Part shown: positions 9,367-19,875 of the stretch, in pieces
Layout: each line of letters starts with the position of its first letter
How positions within the stretch are numbered: position 1 is the stretch's first letter
Origin: Alphaproteobacteria bacterium UBA998
GTDB lineage: Bacteria > Pseudomonadota > Alphaproteobacteria > Rickettsiales > UBA998
Reading direction: 5' to 3'
Assembly: GCA_002291925.1 (NCBI GenBank)
Contig: DBAY01000065.1
Span: forward strand, 6,646 to 70,645
Length of the DNA: 64,000 nt
Program-made: the position numbers and the translations under genes
The notes under the pieces: model-generated
What the model saw: the letters and a program-made list of their open reading frames with translations, nothing else
Told to the model about the DNA's origin: nothing
Database searches by the model: none

Positions 9367-10983
9367 ATGATGAACGAATGGTGGCGCGGTGGGGTGATTT
9401 ATCAGGTCTATCCGCGCAGCTTTCTGGATACGAATGGCGACGGCATCGGCGACCTCAATGGCGTGACGCAAAAGCTCGATTACATCGCCTCGCTGGGGGT
9501 GGATGCCGTCTGGATTTCGCCCTTTTTCGCCTCTCCCATGAAGGATTTTGGCTATGACGTCTCCGATTACCGCGATATTGCGCCGATGTTCGGCACGCTG
9601 GCGGATTTCGATGCGCTGATCGCCAAGGCGCGCGCGCTCGGGCTGAAGGTGATGGTCGACCTGGTGCTCAGCCATACCTCCGACCAGCACCCATGGTTTA
9701 TTGAAAGCCGCAGCAGCCGCGACAATCCCAAGGCTGACTGGTATGTCTGGGCGGAGCCTAAGAATGACGGAACGCCCCCCAATAACTGGCTGTCCGTCTT
9801 CGGTGGCAGCGCGTGGGAATGGGACACCAAGCGGCGCCAGTATTACCTGCACAATTTCCTGAGCTATCAACCCGACCTGAACTACCATAATCCGGAAGTG
9901 CGCGCCGCCATTCTCGATGCTGCGAAATTCTGGCTGGATCGCGGTGTGCAGGGATTCCGCCTCGATGCGGTGAACTTCTGCTTCCACGACAAGAACTTGC
10001 GAGATAACCCGCCGCATGATGGGCCTTGCCAGGAGAACGTACCGGAATCCAATCCTTATGCCATGCAGAAGCATTTGTACGATATCACCCAGCCAGAGAA
10101 TCTAAGTTTGCTCGAGGATTTCCGGCGCCTGCTGGATCAGTATCCCGGCGCTGCGGCGGTTGGCGAGGTAGGCGCGGCCGATACGCATCTGCTCATACCG
10201 CAATACACGGTGGCCAATCGTCGCCTGCACATGGTCTACACCTTCCGCTTTCTCAACGATAATTTTAGCCCAGCCTATTTCCGCGAGTATATCGAACAGC
10301 TGGAAGAGCATCTGGCGGATGGCTGGGCGTGTTTTGCGTTCAGCAACCACGATGTGAAACGTGCCGTCCAACGCTGGAACGTGCGTCATCCCGACCATCA
10401 GGAAGCCTTTGCCGCCATGCTGCTGGCGTTGCTTGGGTCGCTGCGCGGCTCGCTTTGCATCTATCAGGGCGAGGAGCTCGGGCTCGAGGAAGCCGACATT
10501 CCTTTCGAGAAGCTTCAAGACCCCTACGGCATACGTTTCTGGCCGGAGTTCAAGGGCCGCGACGGTTGCCGCACCCCCATGCCGTGGCAACACGGCGCCG
10601 CGCAGGCGGGCTTCACCAGCGGTGAGCCGTGGTTGCCCCTTCCCGAGTCCCACAAGGAACGCGCCGTGGATGTGCAGGAGGCTGACAAGGCTTCGTTGCT
10701 GCATCTCTATCGCCGTTTCCTCGCCTGGCGGCGTTCGCATGCGGCGCTGGTGCTGGGAAGCATCCAGTTCGTGGATGTGCCGGAGGGCATACTCGCCTTC
10801 AAGCGGCAAACGGAAGATGAGCATCTGCTCTGCGTATTCAATCTTAGCCCCGAATCCCGCACCTGCACGCTACAGGATAACGTTGCGCCGCTGACGGATG
10901 CACCTGTGCTGCGGGCGGAGTGGTCCGCGCCCACGCTTACCCTGCCGCCCTACGGCGTGTTCTTCGGCCATCTGGGACGCTGA
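9367..10983 (+). CDS. Alpha-glucosidase (GH13, AglA-like)
   Basis: WWRGGVIYQVYPRSF, DFGYDVSDY, DLVLSHTSDQHPWF, GFRLDAVN, SNHDV, GRDGCRTPMPW. Confidence 0.93.
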   Translation: MMNEWWRGGVIYQVYPRSFLDTNGDGIGDLNGVTQKLDYIASLGVDAVWISPFFASPMKDFGYDVSDYRDIAPMFGTLADFDALIAKARALGLKVMVDLVLSHTSDQHPWFIESRSSRDNPKADWYVWAEPKNDGTPPNNWLSVFGGSAWEWDTKRRQYYLHNFLSYQPDLNYHNPEVRAAILDAAKFWLDRGVQGFRLDAVNFCFHDKNLRDNPPHDGPCQENVPESNPYAMQKHLYDITQPENLSLLEDFRRLLDQYPGAAAVGEVGAADTHLLIPQYTVANRRLHMVYTFRFLNDNFSPAYFREYIEQLEEHLADGWACFAFSNHDVKRAVQRWNVRHPDHQEAFAAMLLALLGSLRGSLCIYQGEELGLEEADIPFEKLQDPYGIRFWPEFKGRDGCRTPMPWQHGAAQAGFTSGEPWLPLPESHKERAVDVQEADKASLLHLYRRFLAWRRSHAALVLGSIQFVDVPEGILAFKRQTEDEHLLCVFNLSPESRTCTLQDNVAPLTDAPVLRAEWSAPTLTLPPYGVFFGHLGR

Positions 10984-10990
10984 AACCGCC

Positions 10991-12325
10991 TCAGTGCGAC
11001 GGCGCGCTGACGGCCTCGCTGGCACTGGAAGTGCCCTCTATCCGGCAGGCGAGCAAAGCGGCGACGAGCACGCTGGCGGCCCCGCAGGCCAGCACGCGAT
11101 GTGGCTGCCCACCAAACACGTGATCCAGCAACAGTCCAGCCCCCAGTGCCACGATGACTTGCGGAATCACGATAAACAGGTTGAAGATGCCCATGAACAC
11201 CCCCGTCTTACCGGGGGGCAGGGCATCGGCCAGCATTGCGTAGGGCATGGCGAGGATGGACGCCCAGGCAATGCCGATGCCAGCCATGCTGAGGATCAGC
11301 ATCTGTGGGTTGGTAATGAAGGATGCCCCCAGCAGCCCGGCACCGCCCAGCACAAGGCTCACGACATGGATTCTGCGCGCGCTGACGCGGCGGGTGAGGG
11401 GGATGAAGGCCAGCGCGGCGGCCAGCGCCACGCCGTTATAGACGGAGAAGCACACGCCGCCCCATTCCGCCGCCTGCAGATATTCCGGGGTGTTCGCTTC
11501 CAGCGCGTGGAACGCATTGCGCGCGATGGTCGGGGTGAAATATGTCCACATGCTGAACAACCCGGCCCAAGTGAATAGCTGCACCCACGCCAGCTGCCGC
11601 ATACGCTGGGGCATCGCGGAGAGATTGCCCAGAATCTCCAGCGCCCCTTTGCGCAAATCTATCCAGAGCGATCCCTTGGCATGGCTGGCAGACGGAAGCT
11701 GCTCTGGCGGCTGCTCCTGCGTTCCGCGCACCGTCACCAGCACGCACGCTACCATGACGAGCGCGCCGATATAGAAGGACCAGGTGACGGAGGCAGGAAT
11801 ATGGCCCGCGGCGCCCGCATCGTCCGTCACCCCGAAGAAATGGGTCAGAATCCACGGCATGGCCGAGGAGAGCACCGCGCCGATTCCTATCAGCACGGTT
11901 TGCACGGTGAAACCCAGTGTGCGCTGCGCTTTTGGCAGCATGTCCGATACAAAACTGCGGAATGGCTGCATGGAGACGTTGATCGCCCCATCGAGCACCC
12001 ACAGAAGCATCACCGCCATCCACAAGGCGGAGGCATTGGGCATGGCCAGCAAGGCCAGCGAGGAGAGGAGGGTGCCAAAGAGGATATAAGGTTTGCGCCG
12101 TCCGAACCGGTTCCAGGTGCGGTCGCTCATATGGCCTACAATCGGGTGGACGAGCAGCCCGGTAAGCGGGGCGGCAATCCAGAGGATGGCGAGCTCACTC
12201 TCCTTGGCGCCGAGCATGGTGTAGATGGCCGACATGTTCGCCATCTGCAGGCCCCAGCCGAACTGGATGCCCATGAATCCGAAACTGATAATCCAGACGT
12301 GCCACGCGGATGCTGATTTCGTCAT
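10991..12325 (-). CDS. MFS sugar transporter (maltose/sucrose type)
   Basis: FGFMGIQFGWGLQ, SDRTWNRFGRRKPY, MGIFNLFIVIPQ; many TM segments; next to the alpha-glucosidase. Confidence 0.9.
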   Translation of the reverse strand: MTKSASAWHVWIISFGFMGIQFGWGLQMANMSAIYTMLGAKESELAILWIAAPLTGLLVHPIVGHMSDRTWNRFGRRKPYILFGTLLSSLALLAMPNASALWMAVMLLWVLDGAINVSMQPFRSFVSDMLPKAQRTLGFTVQTVLIGIGAVLSSAMPWILTHFFGVTDDAGAAGHIPASVTWSFYIGALVMVACVLVTVRGTQEQPPEQLPSASHAKGSLWIDLRKGALEILGNLSAMPQRMRQLAWVQLFTWAGLFSMWTYFTPTIARNAFHALEANTPEYLQAAEWGGVCFSVYNGVALAAALAFIPLTRRVSARRIHVVSLVLGGAGLLGASFITNPQMLILSMAGIGIAWASILAMPYAMLADALPPGKTGVFMGIFNLFIVIPQVIVALGAGLLLDHVFGGQPHRVLACGAASVLVAALLACRIEGTSSASEAVSAPSH

Positions 12326-12453
12326 CGTTCCCGATCCCTTCGCAAAATAGATGCGGCAAAACATACGGTAACTTATGCATCAGCGTCCAGCGTTTCCCAT
12401 ATGCCGGGGAACAGGGCGGTTGCGCGGGCATGGTCAGCGTGTTAGCTGAGCCG

Positions 12454-13191
12454 ATGGCCAAAATCCGACTCGATCAGTTGCTCGTGGAGCGCGGTATGGT
12501 GCCGACGCGCACCAAGGCGCAGGCGCTCATCATGGCGGGCAAGGTGATGCTCTGCACGCAGCGCCTCACCAAGCCCGGCCACATGCTGCCGGAGGATGCC
12601 GAGATAGTGCTGGAGGGCGAGGAGCATCCATGGGTGTCGCGCGGGGGCATGAAGCTGGCGCACGCGCTGGCGCATTTTGGGCTGAGCCCCGCAGGAAAAA
12701 TCTGTCTCGATGTGGGCTCTTCCACCGGCGGTTTCACGGATGTGCTGCTGCACCATGGCGCCGCGAAAGTATACGCGGTGGATGTGGGCCACGGGCAGCT
12801 CGACTGGAAACTGCGCAACGACCCGCGCGTCGTCTCGCTGGAGAAGACCAATGCGCGCTATCTTACCCACACGCATGTGCCGGAGCCCGTTGACTGGCTG
12901 GTCTGTGATGCGAGCTTCATCAGCCTGAAAACCGTCCTGCCTGCACCGATGACACTTTGTGCGCCGGGGGCGGTGATGGTGACGCTTATCAAACCGCAGT
13001 TCGAGGCGGGCAAGGCGGAGGTGGACAAGGGCGAGGGCGTTATCCGCGCCCCAGCGCTGCATCAGGCCATCTGCGACGATATCCGGCAATGGTTACCCTC
13101 GCAGGGCTGGGCGGTGGACGGCATCGCCGAAAGCCCCATCACCGGGCCGAAGGGGAATAAGGAGTTTCTCCTCGCTGCCCGGCGTTCATAA
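12454..13191 (+). CDS. tlyA: TlyA family rRNA methyltransferase
   Basis: S4 domain RLDQLLVERG; VSRGGMKL, DVGSSTGGFTD, KPQFE, SPITGPKGNKEF. Confidence 0.95.
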   Translation: MAKIRLDQLLVERGMVPTRTKAQALIMAGKVMLCTQRLTKPGHMLPEDAEIVLEGEEHPWVSRGGMKLAHALAHFGLSPAGKICLDVGSSTGGFTDVLLHHGAAKVYAVDVGHGQLDWKLRNDPRVVSLEKTNARYLTHTHVPEPVDWLVCDASFISLKTVLPAPMTLCAPGAVMVTLIKPQFEAGKAEVDKGEGVIRAPALHQAICDDIRQWLPSQGWAVDGIAESPITGPKGNKEFLLAARRS

Positions 13192-13285
13192 TTCCTGCGC
13201 CAGTCATGGCAACTCCGGCACATAACCGCACCCGTTATCCTATTCAGTCTCGGCGTGGTCCAATGGTATTATCGCCGCAGCAGGC

Positions 13286-13762
13286 TTGCCTTGGCGGGCG
13301 GCATTTCCTAATCTCCCGATATACGTATCATCCGGCGCGGAGCGGCGTTTGCAAGATTTTTCCGAGTGGGTGTTGCTCGAGGCTTTCCGCTCCGTCTGGG
13401 TGCCGGGCATGCGCGAGATCACGCTGCCGGCGATGGTGTGGTTTAATGCCGGCTCCCCGCTGCATTACCTGCCGCTCGCCATGCTGGGGGCCGCGGCGGG
13501 GGGCGGGGTCGTTTATACGCTAGGCCGGCTGATGGCGAAAGGCTTCGCCCTCATGCGTCCCGGGGGTATCGCCGCCTTGCCGAACAAGAAAATTGCCCGT
13601 CTTGGCCGTGTTTTCGGGCTGCCCGTGCTGGCGCTCTATGCCTTGCTGCCGTTAGGGCATTTGCTGCTTTTCGGTGCAGGCTTCCTGAAGTTGCCGCCAT
13701 GGCTTGTACTGCTGGCCGCGGCGCTGGGGCGTGGCCTTTACTACTTTTTACGCGGGTATTGA
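13286..13762 (+). CDS. Hypothetical membrane protein (DedA/YqaA-like); start uncertain
   Basis: Several hydrophobic helices; GAAAGGGVVYTLGR resembles the DedA family. Confidence 0.55.
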   Translation: MPWRAAFPNLPIYVSSGAERRLQDFSEWVLLEAFRSVWVPGMREITLPAMVWFNAGSPLHYLPLAMLGAAAGGGVVYTLGRLMAKGFALMRPGGIAALPNKKIARLGRVFGLPVLALYALLPLGHLLLFGAGFLKLPPWLVLLAAALGRGLYYFLRGY

Positions 13763-13772
13763 GCGCCTATTT

Positions 13773-14078
13773 TTACGTGCTGCGTAACGGATTCGAATTA
13801 CGGCCTACCGGATTTTCAATCCGAGGCATGGGGACGGGTTGCATCGGTTGGCCGGGAGAGGCGGGCTGGGGCGCAAATGGGCCCATGCAAACGCCATGTT
13901 CCACGCACAATCTCCTGAAATCGGGCTGCTCCGGGATTGAACGGGGGTCGATGGTTGTGCCTTGCGAGGGGGCTGCAGGTTGCCCCTGATATTGCGGGGC
14001 GTGCTGGTAAACCGGCGGAGCCAGGTCGTCAGCCTGGGGATTGGAAGGGGTTTGGGATGGGCGGCGGCGGTCGGACAT
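13773..14078 (-). CDS. Pro/Gln-rich orphan protein
   Basis: 101-aa ORF with GAGAG-type SD and an upstream direct-repeat box. Confidence 0.55.
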   Translation of the reverse strand: MSDRRRPSQTPSNPQADDLAPPVYQHAPQYQGQPAAPSQGTTIDPRSIPEQPDFRRLCVEHGVCMGPFAPQPASPGQPMQPVPMPRIENPVGRNSNPLRST

Positions 14079-14140
14079 GGTTTTCTCTCAATCTATCCCT
14101 TCATGGTAAACGAAAATTCTTAACAAAGTGATGTCGTTGC

Positions 14141-14158
14141 ATGAAGATTTCATGACAG
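14141..14158 (-). promoter_or_regulatory. Pho-box-like direct repeat CTGTCAT-GAAA-TCTTCAT
   Basis: Upstream of the 14078 start; CACTTT follows after 10 bp. Confidence 0.55.
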
Positions 14159-14240
14159 GCCCTTTCACGCCGGGCCTTGTTAACTCATGTTAACATAATT
14201 GTGGATATAATAAACTGACTAACCTTCAAAAAGGCCACGC

Positions 14241-14858
14241 ATGAGCACCCCTTTCGAACGGCTGAGCACGCAGCAGAAAATCATGGTGAACGACTTGATT
14301 ATCAACGGGTTTCGCGATAACCCGGCCCAACTTGAGCGCTACAGTCAGGCCATGCGGGCCGAGCGCGGCGTCGATGCGGCCTCAGACCGTTTCCAATCCA
14401 TGCTGGACGAACAGCGCAACCAGATGGCGGTCGATGTACAGCAAGGCAACCTGCGTCTGCCTAATTTCCGCGATACCCCGTTCGGGCGCAATTCTATCCC
14501 GGATGGTGAGGATCTCGCGCGTGGACGGGGGGTGCTGCGTAAGTTGAGGGATTATATGGCCAACAATAGCCAGAGAACCCGATTCGATTTTTCACAGCAG
14601 AATATGTCCGACGCTTTGGTCCACCTAAAAAGAGGCCATGGTTACGAAGCGGAAGGCATCAACCCGTTGCCGCAGCGTGCCAATGCAGCATCCCCCCAGC
14701 CCCCGGCCGGGCTGACGCCAGAGACACTGGATCTTTGCCGTAGCCTGGGCCATCAGGCGCAGGCGGCGCACATGGCGGGAGACCGCGAAGGTGCGAATGC
14801 CCTAACGATGGAAGCGAGCCGCGCCAACTGTCCCACACCCTCAGGGCGCGGACGCTAG
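14241..14858 (+). CDS. Orphan protein ending in PTPSGRGR
   Basis: 205-aa ORF; AT-rich upstream region with GTTAAC-TCAT-GTTAAC and TATAAT. Confidence 0.7.
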   Translation: MSTPFERLSTQQKIMVNDLIINGFRDNPAQLERYSQAMRAERGVDAASDRFQSMLDEQRNQMAVDVQQGNLRLPNFRDTPFGRNSIPDGEDLARGRGVLRKLRDYMANNSQRTRFDFSQQNMSDALVHLKRGHGYEAEGINPLPQRANAASPQPPAGLTPETLDLCRSLGHQAQAAHMAGDREGANALTMEASRANCPTPSGRGR

Positions 14859-14862
14859 CGCC

Positions 14863-17790
14863 TCAGGCAGCTTTCGTACGCCGGGGCTTGCGGGTGGGCT
14901 CCGCCTTGACTTCGGACGCGGGCTTGGCAAGCTTTTTCTGCAGCAACGGCACCAGATAGCGCCCCGTGACGCTGTGCTTGTTGGCCGCGACCTCTTCCGG
15001 GGTGCCCATGGCGACGACGGTGCCGCCCTTGGAGCCGCCGCCGGGGCCGATATCGATGACCCAGTCGGCGGTTTTGATGACGTCAAGGTTATGCTCGATG
15101 ATGACCATCGTGTTGCCGCTATCCACCAGCGTATGCAGCACCTGTAACAGCTTGCGGATATCCTCGGAATGCAGGCCGGTGGTGGGCTCATCGAGGATGT
15201 AGAGCGTGCGGCCCGTGGCGCGGCGGGAGAGCTCCTTCGCCAGCTTGATGCGCTGCGCCTCACCGCCGGAGAGCGTGGTGGCTGACTGCCCAAGCTTGAT
15301 ATAGCCAAGGCCGACTTCCTGCAGCGCCACCATCTTCTCGCGGATGGAGGGCGTCGCGGCGAAGAATTCCACGGCTTCGTCCACGGTCATGTCCAGCACG
15401 TCGGCAATAGATTTGCCCTTATATTGCACTTCCAGCGTCTCGCGGTTGTAACGCTTGCCCTTGCACACATCGCAAACCACGTAGACGTCCGGTAGGAAGT
15501 GCATCTCGATCTTGATGAGTCCGTCGCCCTGGCAGGCCTCGCAGCGGCCACCTTTCACGTTGAAGCTGAAGCGGCCCGCCTTGTAGCCGCGTGCCTTGGA
15601 TTCCGGCAGGGCCGTGAACCAGTCGCGGATGGGCGCGAAGGCCCCCGTATAGGTGGCCGGGTTGGAGCGCGGCGTACGGCCGATGGGCGACTGGTCGATC
15701 TCGATGACCTTGTCGATATATTCGAGCCCGGTGAGCGATTTGTGCGGCCCGGGCTGTTCCTTGCTGCCCATGATGCGGCGCGAGGCGGCCTTGTAGAACG
15801 TCTCGATAACGAGGGAGGATTTGCCGCCGCCGGAGACGCCCGACACGCAGGTCATGACGCCGAGCGGAATGTCCACGCTGACGTCCTTCAGGTTGTTCGC
15901 CGTGCAACCGCTCAGGCGGATGCGCCGGTTGGCGGAAAGCGTGCGGCGCGCGGCCGGCACGGCGATTTCCTTGCGGCCGCTGAGGTAATCGCCGGTGACG
16001 CTTTTGGTATCCTTCGCCACCTGCGCGGCGGTGCCCTGCGAGACAATTTGCCCGCCATGCACGCCCGCGCCGGGGCCCATGTCGATCAGCCAGTCGGCGT
16101 GGCGCATGGTGTCCTCGTCATGCTCCACCACGATGACGGTATTGCCGAGGTCGCGCAGCCGTTGCAGCGTGCCGAGCAGGCGCTCATTGTCGCATTGGTG
16201 CAGGCCGATGGAGGGCTCATCGAGCACGTAAAGCACGCCCGACAAGCCCGAACCAATTTGCGAAGCGAGTCGGATGCGCTGCGACTCGCCGCCCGACAAG
16301 GTGCCGGATTCGCGCGCCAGCGTCAGGTAATCCAGGCCGACATTGACGAGGAAGCCGAGGCGCTCGCGGATTTCCTTGAGGATTTTCTCGGCGATCTGCT
16401 GGTGCTGTTTGGTGAGCTTTTCCTCCAGCGTGGAGAACCAGCGGGTGGACTCATCAATCGACAGCTTGCACACCTCGCCGATATGTTTGCCGCCGACCTT
16501 CACGGAAAGCGCTTCCGGCTTCAGGCGGAAGCCGTGGCAGGCGTCGCAGTCGGTGGTGTGCTGGAACTTCTCCAGCTCCTCGCGCATCCAGGCGGAGTCG
16601 GTCTCGCGCCAGCGGCGCTGCAGGCTGGGGATAACCCCCTCGAACGGCTTGTGGCTGTTATACTGGCGCGGGCCGTCGATGTAGGAGATCTTCACCGGCT
16701 CATCGCCTGAGCCGTAAAGCAGCACGTCCTGCACCTTCTCCGGCAGATCGCCGAACGGCACATGCAGGCTGAATTTGAAATGCCGCGCCAGCCCGTCGAG
16801 CGTCTGGATGAAATACTTGGTCTGCGCGTTGGCCCATGGCGCAATGGCGCCCTCGTACAGCGACTTCGCCGTGTCCGGCACGACGAGGTCGGCATCGAAC
16901 TCGCGCTGGCTGCCGAGGCCGTCGCACACCGGGCAGGCGCCGAACGGGCTGTTGAACGAGAACAGGCGCGGCTCGATCTCCTCCAGCGTGAAGCCGGACT
17001 CCGGGCAGGCGAACTTGGCGGAGAGGGTGATAATATCGCCCTTCTTGTGTTTGCTCTTGCTGCCTTCCGGGATGCTGACAATCTCCACCAGCGCCAGCCC
17101 TTCGGAGATGTTCAGCGCTGTCTCGACGGAGTCGGCGACGCGGTTGCCCATGTCTTCCTTGATGGCGAGGCGGTCGACCACGACTTCGATGTCGTGCTTC
17201 TTGTTTTTGTCCAGCTTCGGCGCGTCCTCGATGGTGTACATTTCGCCATTGATGCGGATGCGCGTGAAGCCACGTTTTTGCAGTGCAGCAATTTCCTTGC
17301 TGTGCTCGCCTTTGCGGCCACGTACGAACGGTGCCAGCAGGTGCAGCTTGGTGCCGATGGGAAGGCCGAGGATGATGTCCACCATCTGGCCTACTGTCTG
17401 GCTTTCGATGGGTAGGCCGGTAGCGGGAGAGTAGGGGACGCCGATGCGCGCATAGAGCAGGCGCAGATAATCATAGATCTCGGTGACCGTGCCCACCGTC
17501 GAGCGCGGGTTGCGCGAGGTGGTTTTCTGGTCGATGGCGATGGCCGGGGAGAGGCCGTCGATCGATTCCACATCCGGCTTGTCCTGGATGTTGAGGAACT
17601 GCCGGGCGTAGGAGGAGAGGGACTCCACATAGCGCCGCTGGCCTTCCGCATAGAGCGTGTCAAACGCCAGCGAGGACTTGCCCGAACCGGACAGCCCCGT
17701 GATCACCACGAACTTGTTCTTGGGGATGTCGACCGAAACGTTTTTGAGGTTATGTTCTTTGGCGCCGCGGATCGAGATAAGGTCTTTCAT
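14863..17790 (-). CDS. uvrA: Excinuclease ABC subunit A
   Basis: [23 protein letters not shown], two ABC ATPase domains, zinc fingers. Confidence 0.99.
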   Translation of the reverse strand: MKDLISIRGAKEHNLKNVSVDIPKNKFVVITGLSGSGKSSLAFDTLYAEGQRRYVESLSSYARQFLNIQDKPDVESIDGLSPAIAIDQKTTSRNPRSTVGTVTEIYDYLRLLYARIGVPYSPATGLPIESQTVGQMVDIILGLPIGTKLHLLAPFVRGRKGEHSKEIAALQKRGFTRIRINGEMYTIEDAPKLDKNKKHDIEVVVDRLAIKEDMGNRVADSVETALNISEGLALVEIVSIPEGSKSKHKKGDIITLSAKFACPESGFTLEEIEPRLFSFNSPFGACPVCDGLGSQREFDADLVVPDTAKSLYEGAIAPWANAQTKYFIQTLDGLARHFKFSLHVPFGDLPEKVQDVLLYGSGDEPVKISYIDGPRQYNSHKPFEGVIPSLQRRWRETDSAWMREELEKFQHTTDCDACHGFRLKPEALSVKVGGKHIGEVCKLSIDESTRWFSTLEEKLTKQHQQIAEKILKEIRERLGFLVNVGLDYLTLARESGTLSGGESQRIRLASQIGSGLSGVLYVLDEPSIGLHQCDNERLLGTLQRLRDLGNTVIVVEHDEDTMRHADWLIDMGPGAGVHGGQIVSQGTAAQVAKDTKSVTGDYLSGRKEIAVPAARRTLSANRRIRLSGCTANNLKDVSVDIPLGVMTCVSGVSGGGKSSLVIETFYKAASRRIMGSKEQPGPHKSLTGLEYIDKVIEIDQSPIGRTPRSNPATYTGAFAPIRDWFTALPESKARGYKAGRFSFNVKGGRCEACQGDGLIKIEMHFLPDVYVVCDVCKGKRYNRETLEVQYKGKSIADVLDMTVDEAVEFFAATPSIREKMVALQEVGLGYIKLGQSATTLSGGEAQRIKLAKELSRRATGRTLYILDEPTTGLHSEDIRKLLQVLHTLVDSGNTMVIIEHNLDVIKTADWVIDIGPGGGSKGGTVVAMGTPEEVAANKHSVTGRYLVPLLQKKLAKPASEVKAEPTRKPRRTKAA

Positions 17791-17879
17791 GCATCATTCC
17801 TTGTGGAGGCAGGATATATAAGCGCCCCCTAAAGGAATGAACAGCCCCAATAGGAAGAAAAATCGCTTGTTATGACAGG

Positions 17880-18320
17880 TTAGCGGCGCCGGAATGGGTC
17901 GAGAGCGATCACATCAGCATGGTGTTTCGCATGTTCTGCGTCTTTGATACCGACACGTTTGGTCAAAGGGCGCTCAGGAAGGTACGTCACATTATGTTCC
18001 AGAGGAAATCCAAGTGCTTGACCGGCTTTCGCTAAATGGGCCGATAAGTGCTTGAGGGAAATGTAGATGCAGCCTCTTCGGGAATGGTAGACATCCTCAG
18101 GATAATACCCGGACATTATGTCCGCATCCTTAAGTTTCTCAACGATTTGTTCGGCGCTCGCTGCTATTTTTCCAATAGGCCACCGGTCGGTGAAAACACG
18201 AAAGTAATCGTTGCCATTAATTTCTTTCAAACGGTCGCTGACATTCGCCTCACCAAAGGTTTTTTGCAGCCAGCGATAGGCCGGTTCGCTGTTGATGAAA
18301 CCAGTGATGTTCTCATCCAT
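17880..18320 (-). CDS. Orphan protein ending in DVIALDPFRRR
   Basis: AT-richer ORF whose start overlaps the stop of the upstream orphan. Confidence 0.65.
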   Translation of the reverse strand: MDENITGFINSEPAYRWLQKTFGEANVSDRLKEINGNDYFRVFTDRWPIGKIAASAEQIVEKLKDADIMSGYYPEDVYHSRRGCIYISLKHLSAHLAKAGQALGFPLEHNVTYLPERPLTKRVGIKDAEHAKHHADVIALDPFRRR

Positions 18321-19107
18321 GTCCAAGATTTCCTTTATTCTTTATTGCATTGCGCGCAGCCAGCATCTGTTGCCATTGGTCGCGGGTCGGTCTTTTGATC
18401 TCTGTAGAAGTCATGTCTTTGTCGGGGTGTTCAGGAAATCGGGGATCCGCATATGCATGGGTAGCACAGAAATTTTTGAGTCGACGTGTTTCGGGGGAAG
18501 TGTCGTGAATATCCTCGTGCGATTCCACAACCCACTCCGAGGGGCCATCTACTTCTCCCTGATCACGCAGAACACAGTCCAATGACGACTGTTGATGGCC
18601 CTCAACGGCCTGCCAGCAGGTCAAGCCGTATCCCTCGCCCAAGTGGTCCACCACCCGCCATTCCTGCGCCAGCGCGTCCGCATCAATAAATATTCTTCCT
18701 TGTTCCATCCCGCGGGAGCGAGGTGTTGGGGGAATTGTGGCAGGAAGTTCCCCCGTTTTTTCGAAGACTCGCTTTTCCCGGCGGCTTGCAGCGCGCCATC
18801 TCGCGCGCATGGCTTCAATCCGGTGATGCGGTTCAGTCCGGCTGACATGCACACGAGGCGATTCTGAGGGAGCTGTGAAGCGTACGGCTACGCCCATTTG
18901 CTGCATCACCTGAAGCAACTGTTCCCGCTCGTCCCACGTCGCTGTTTTTGTTGTAGGCTTTTTGGGCCGGACCGCAAACCAGCGCATATCATCGGATGCC
19001 ACCAAAGGCCCCTTGCCTGTGCTGCCTCTACCGAAGATATCTTCCAGCCACGCGCAGGCGCGCATTATTTCCTCGGCGCTTGCCATGGGGCGTGTGTCTC
19101 TCGACAT
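18313..19107 (-). CDS. Orphan protein
   Basis: ~264-aa ORF with AGGAG SD and an upstream box at 19165-19182. Confidence 0.7.
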   Translation of the reverse strand: MSRDTRPMASAEEIMRACAWLEDIFGRGSTGKGPLVASDDMRWFAVRPKKPTTKTATWDEREQLLQVMQQMGVAVRFTAPSESPRVHVSRTEPHHRIEAMRARWRAASRREKRVFEKTGELPATIPPTPRSRGMEQGRIFIDADALAQEWRVVDHLGEGYGLTCWQAVEGHQQSSLDCVLRDQGEVDGPSEWVVESHEDIHDTSPETRRLKNFCATHAYADPRFPEHPDKDMTSTEIKRPTRDQWQQMLAARNAIKNKGNLGHG

Positions 19108-19164
19108 GCGTTCTCCTGTTAATTTTTTAGGCCACACCATAACGAGTAAGTTCGCTGCTGTTAA

Positions 19165-19182
19165 ATGAAGGTATTATGACGC
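19165..19182 (-). promoter_or_regulatory. Pho-box-like direct repeat GCGTCAT-AATA-CCTTCAT
   Basis: Upstream of the 19107 start. Confidence 0.45.
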
Positions 19183-19306
19183 TATGCCTAAATTTTCTCA
19201 GTCTTTGCTTATGCGGAAAAAGCGCCGCAAAGCGGCAGAAAACCCTTTTAAATTATTAATCGTGCCCTATATATGAAGGACTGTTTTTTCGTGAAGAGAG
19301 TGAGTG

Positions 19307-19795
19307 ATGGCAGGCAGCGTAAACAAGGTGATTCTGGTAGGCAATCTGGGGCGTGATCCGGAGATCCGCGCAACGCAGGACGGGCGGGAAATCGCCAACC
19401 TCGCCGTCGCTACTTCCGAAAGCTGGAAAGACCGCAATACCGGCGAGCGCAAGGAGCGCACCGAGTGGCACCGCGTGGTCATCTTCAACGATGGGCTCGT
19501 GAACGTGGCGAAGAACTACCTGCACAAAGGCTCTAAGGTCTATATCGAAGGCCAGCTGCAGACCCGCAAATGGACGGACAAGGACGGCGCGGAGAAATAC
19601 TCCACCGAGGTTGTGCTGCAGGGGTATGGCGGCTCGCTGACCATGCTGGACGGCGCCGGTGGCGGCAAGCGCGAGAGCGGCAGCTTCGACGATGCCGGCT
19701 CCAGCGGCGGCTATAGCAGCGCCCCCGCCCGCAGCGGCGGCGGTCAGCGCCAGTCCAGCCCGGTGCCGGAACTGGATGACGAGATTCCGTTCTGA
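19307..19795 (+). CDS. ssb: Single-stranded DNA-binding protein
   Basis: [16 protein letters not shown]...TEWHRVV; C-terminal DDEIPF. Confidence 0.99.
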   Translation: MAGSVNKVILVGNLGRDPEIRATQDGREIANLAVATSESWKDRNTGERKERTEWHRVVIFNDGLVNVAKNYLHKGSKVYIEGQLQTRKWTDKDGAEKYSTEVVLQGYGGSLTMLDGAGGGKRESGSFDDAGSSGGYSSAPARSGGGQRQSSPVPELDDEIPF

Positions 19796-19813
19796 TTTTC
19801 TTCTGAAATATGC

Positions 19814-19851
19814 AAAAAAGCCGCTTTTTCTCAGGGAAAAGCGGCTTTTTT
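19814..19851. terminator. Bidirectional intrinsic terminator
   Basis: AAAAAAGCCGCTTTT...AAAAGCGGCTTTTTT. Confidence 0.85.
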
Positions 19852-19875
19852 CATGCGCATTTCACGGTTTGGTGT

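Noticed and set aside
17861-17878. CTGTCAT half-site on the minus strand upstream of uvrA
   Set aside because: No second half-site and no -10 at the expected spacing, so it was left out of the motif set
17790-19306. LexA box (GTTC-N7-GTTC) upstream of uvrA or ssb
   Set aside because: No convincing match found by eye
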